DNA of 62,474 nucleotides, counting the filler, from Nemertoderma westbladi (lineage: Eukaryota > Animalia > Xenacoelomorpha): NCBI GenBank assembly GCA_032718475.1. It is 4 parts of 4 records of this genome, joined end to end, with 100 filler letters (N's around TTAATTAATTAA, not from the genome) between each part and the next. Parts side by side here need not be neighbours in the genome. Positions count along the whole stretch, not along the records: positions 53,600 to 62,474 come from JAUCBJ010001436.1; 3 more parts are not named here. One strand, given 5' to 3'. Both the position numbers and the translations under genes were made by a program. Below the pieces are notes generated by a model, which ran no database searches, had not been told where the DNA came from, and saw only the letters and a program-made list of their open reading frames with translations. Of this stretch, positions 62,434 to 62,474 are shown piece after piece (within the stretch, counting starts at the first letter, position 1; every line of letters begins with the position of its first letter).

Positions 62434-62474
62434 TAAATTCACCAAAATACTAATAATTAAAAAATCTACTAATC

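Overview
This is eukaryotic (metazoan, probably invertebrate) nuclear DNA, not prokaryotic. The window is four unrelated contigs (1-21684, 21785-42870, 42971-53499, 53600-62474) joined by an artificial N44-TTAATTAATTAA-N44 linker. Host genes: (i) a five-exon gene that the ORF track does not assemble, encoding a probably secreted 206-aa two-domain beta/gamma-crystallin (4843-20565); (ii) three conserved genes with single-exon CDSs: mitochondrial ATP synthase delta (33323-33835), ARMC8 (40975-42870, cut by the contig end) and N4BP2-like (47796-50807); (iii) a decayed intronless PRDM-type zinc-knuckle + PR/SET gene (about 26053-27359). Most of the rest is nested mobile DNA: RTE, L2/CR1-group LINEs, a BEL/Pao element, a Gypsy-like remnant, a tRNA-derived SINE family, non-autonomous piggyBac-like, Kolobok-like and hAT elements with clear target-site duplications, and Helitron/Helentron-like elements. 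Several satellites appear traceable to transposon parts. No CRISPR array, retron or DGR is supported. All calls were made by eye without database searches, and repeat boundaries are approximate unless a TSD is quoted.
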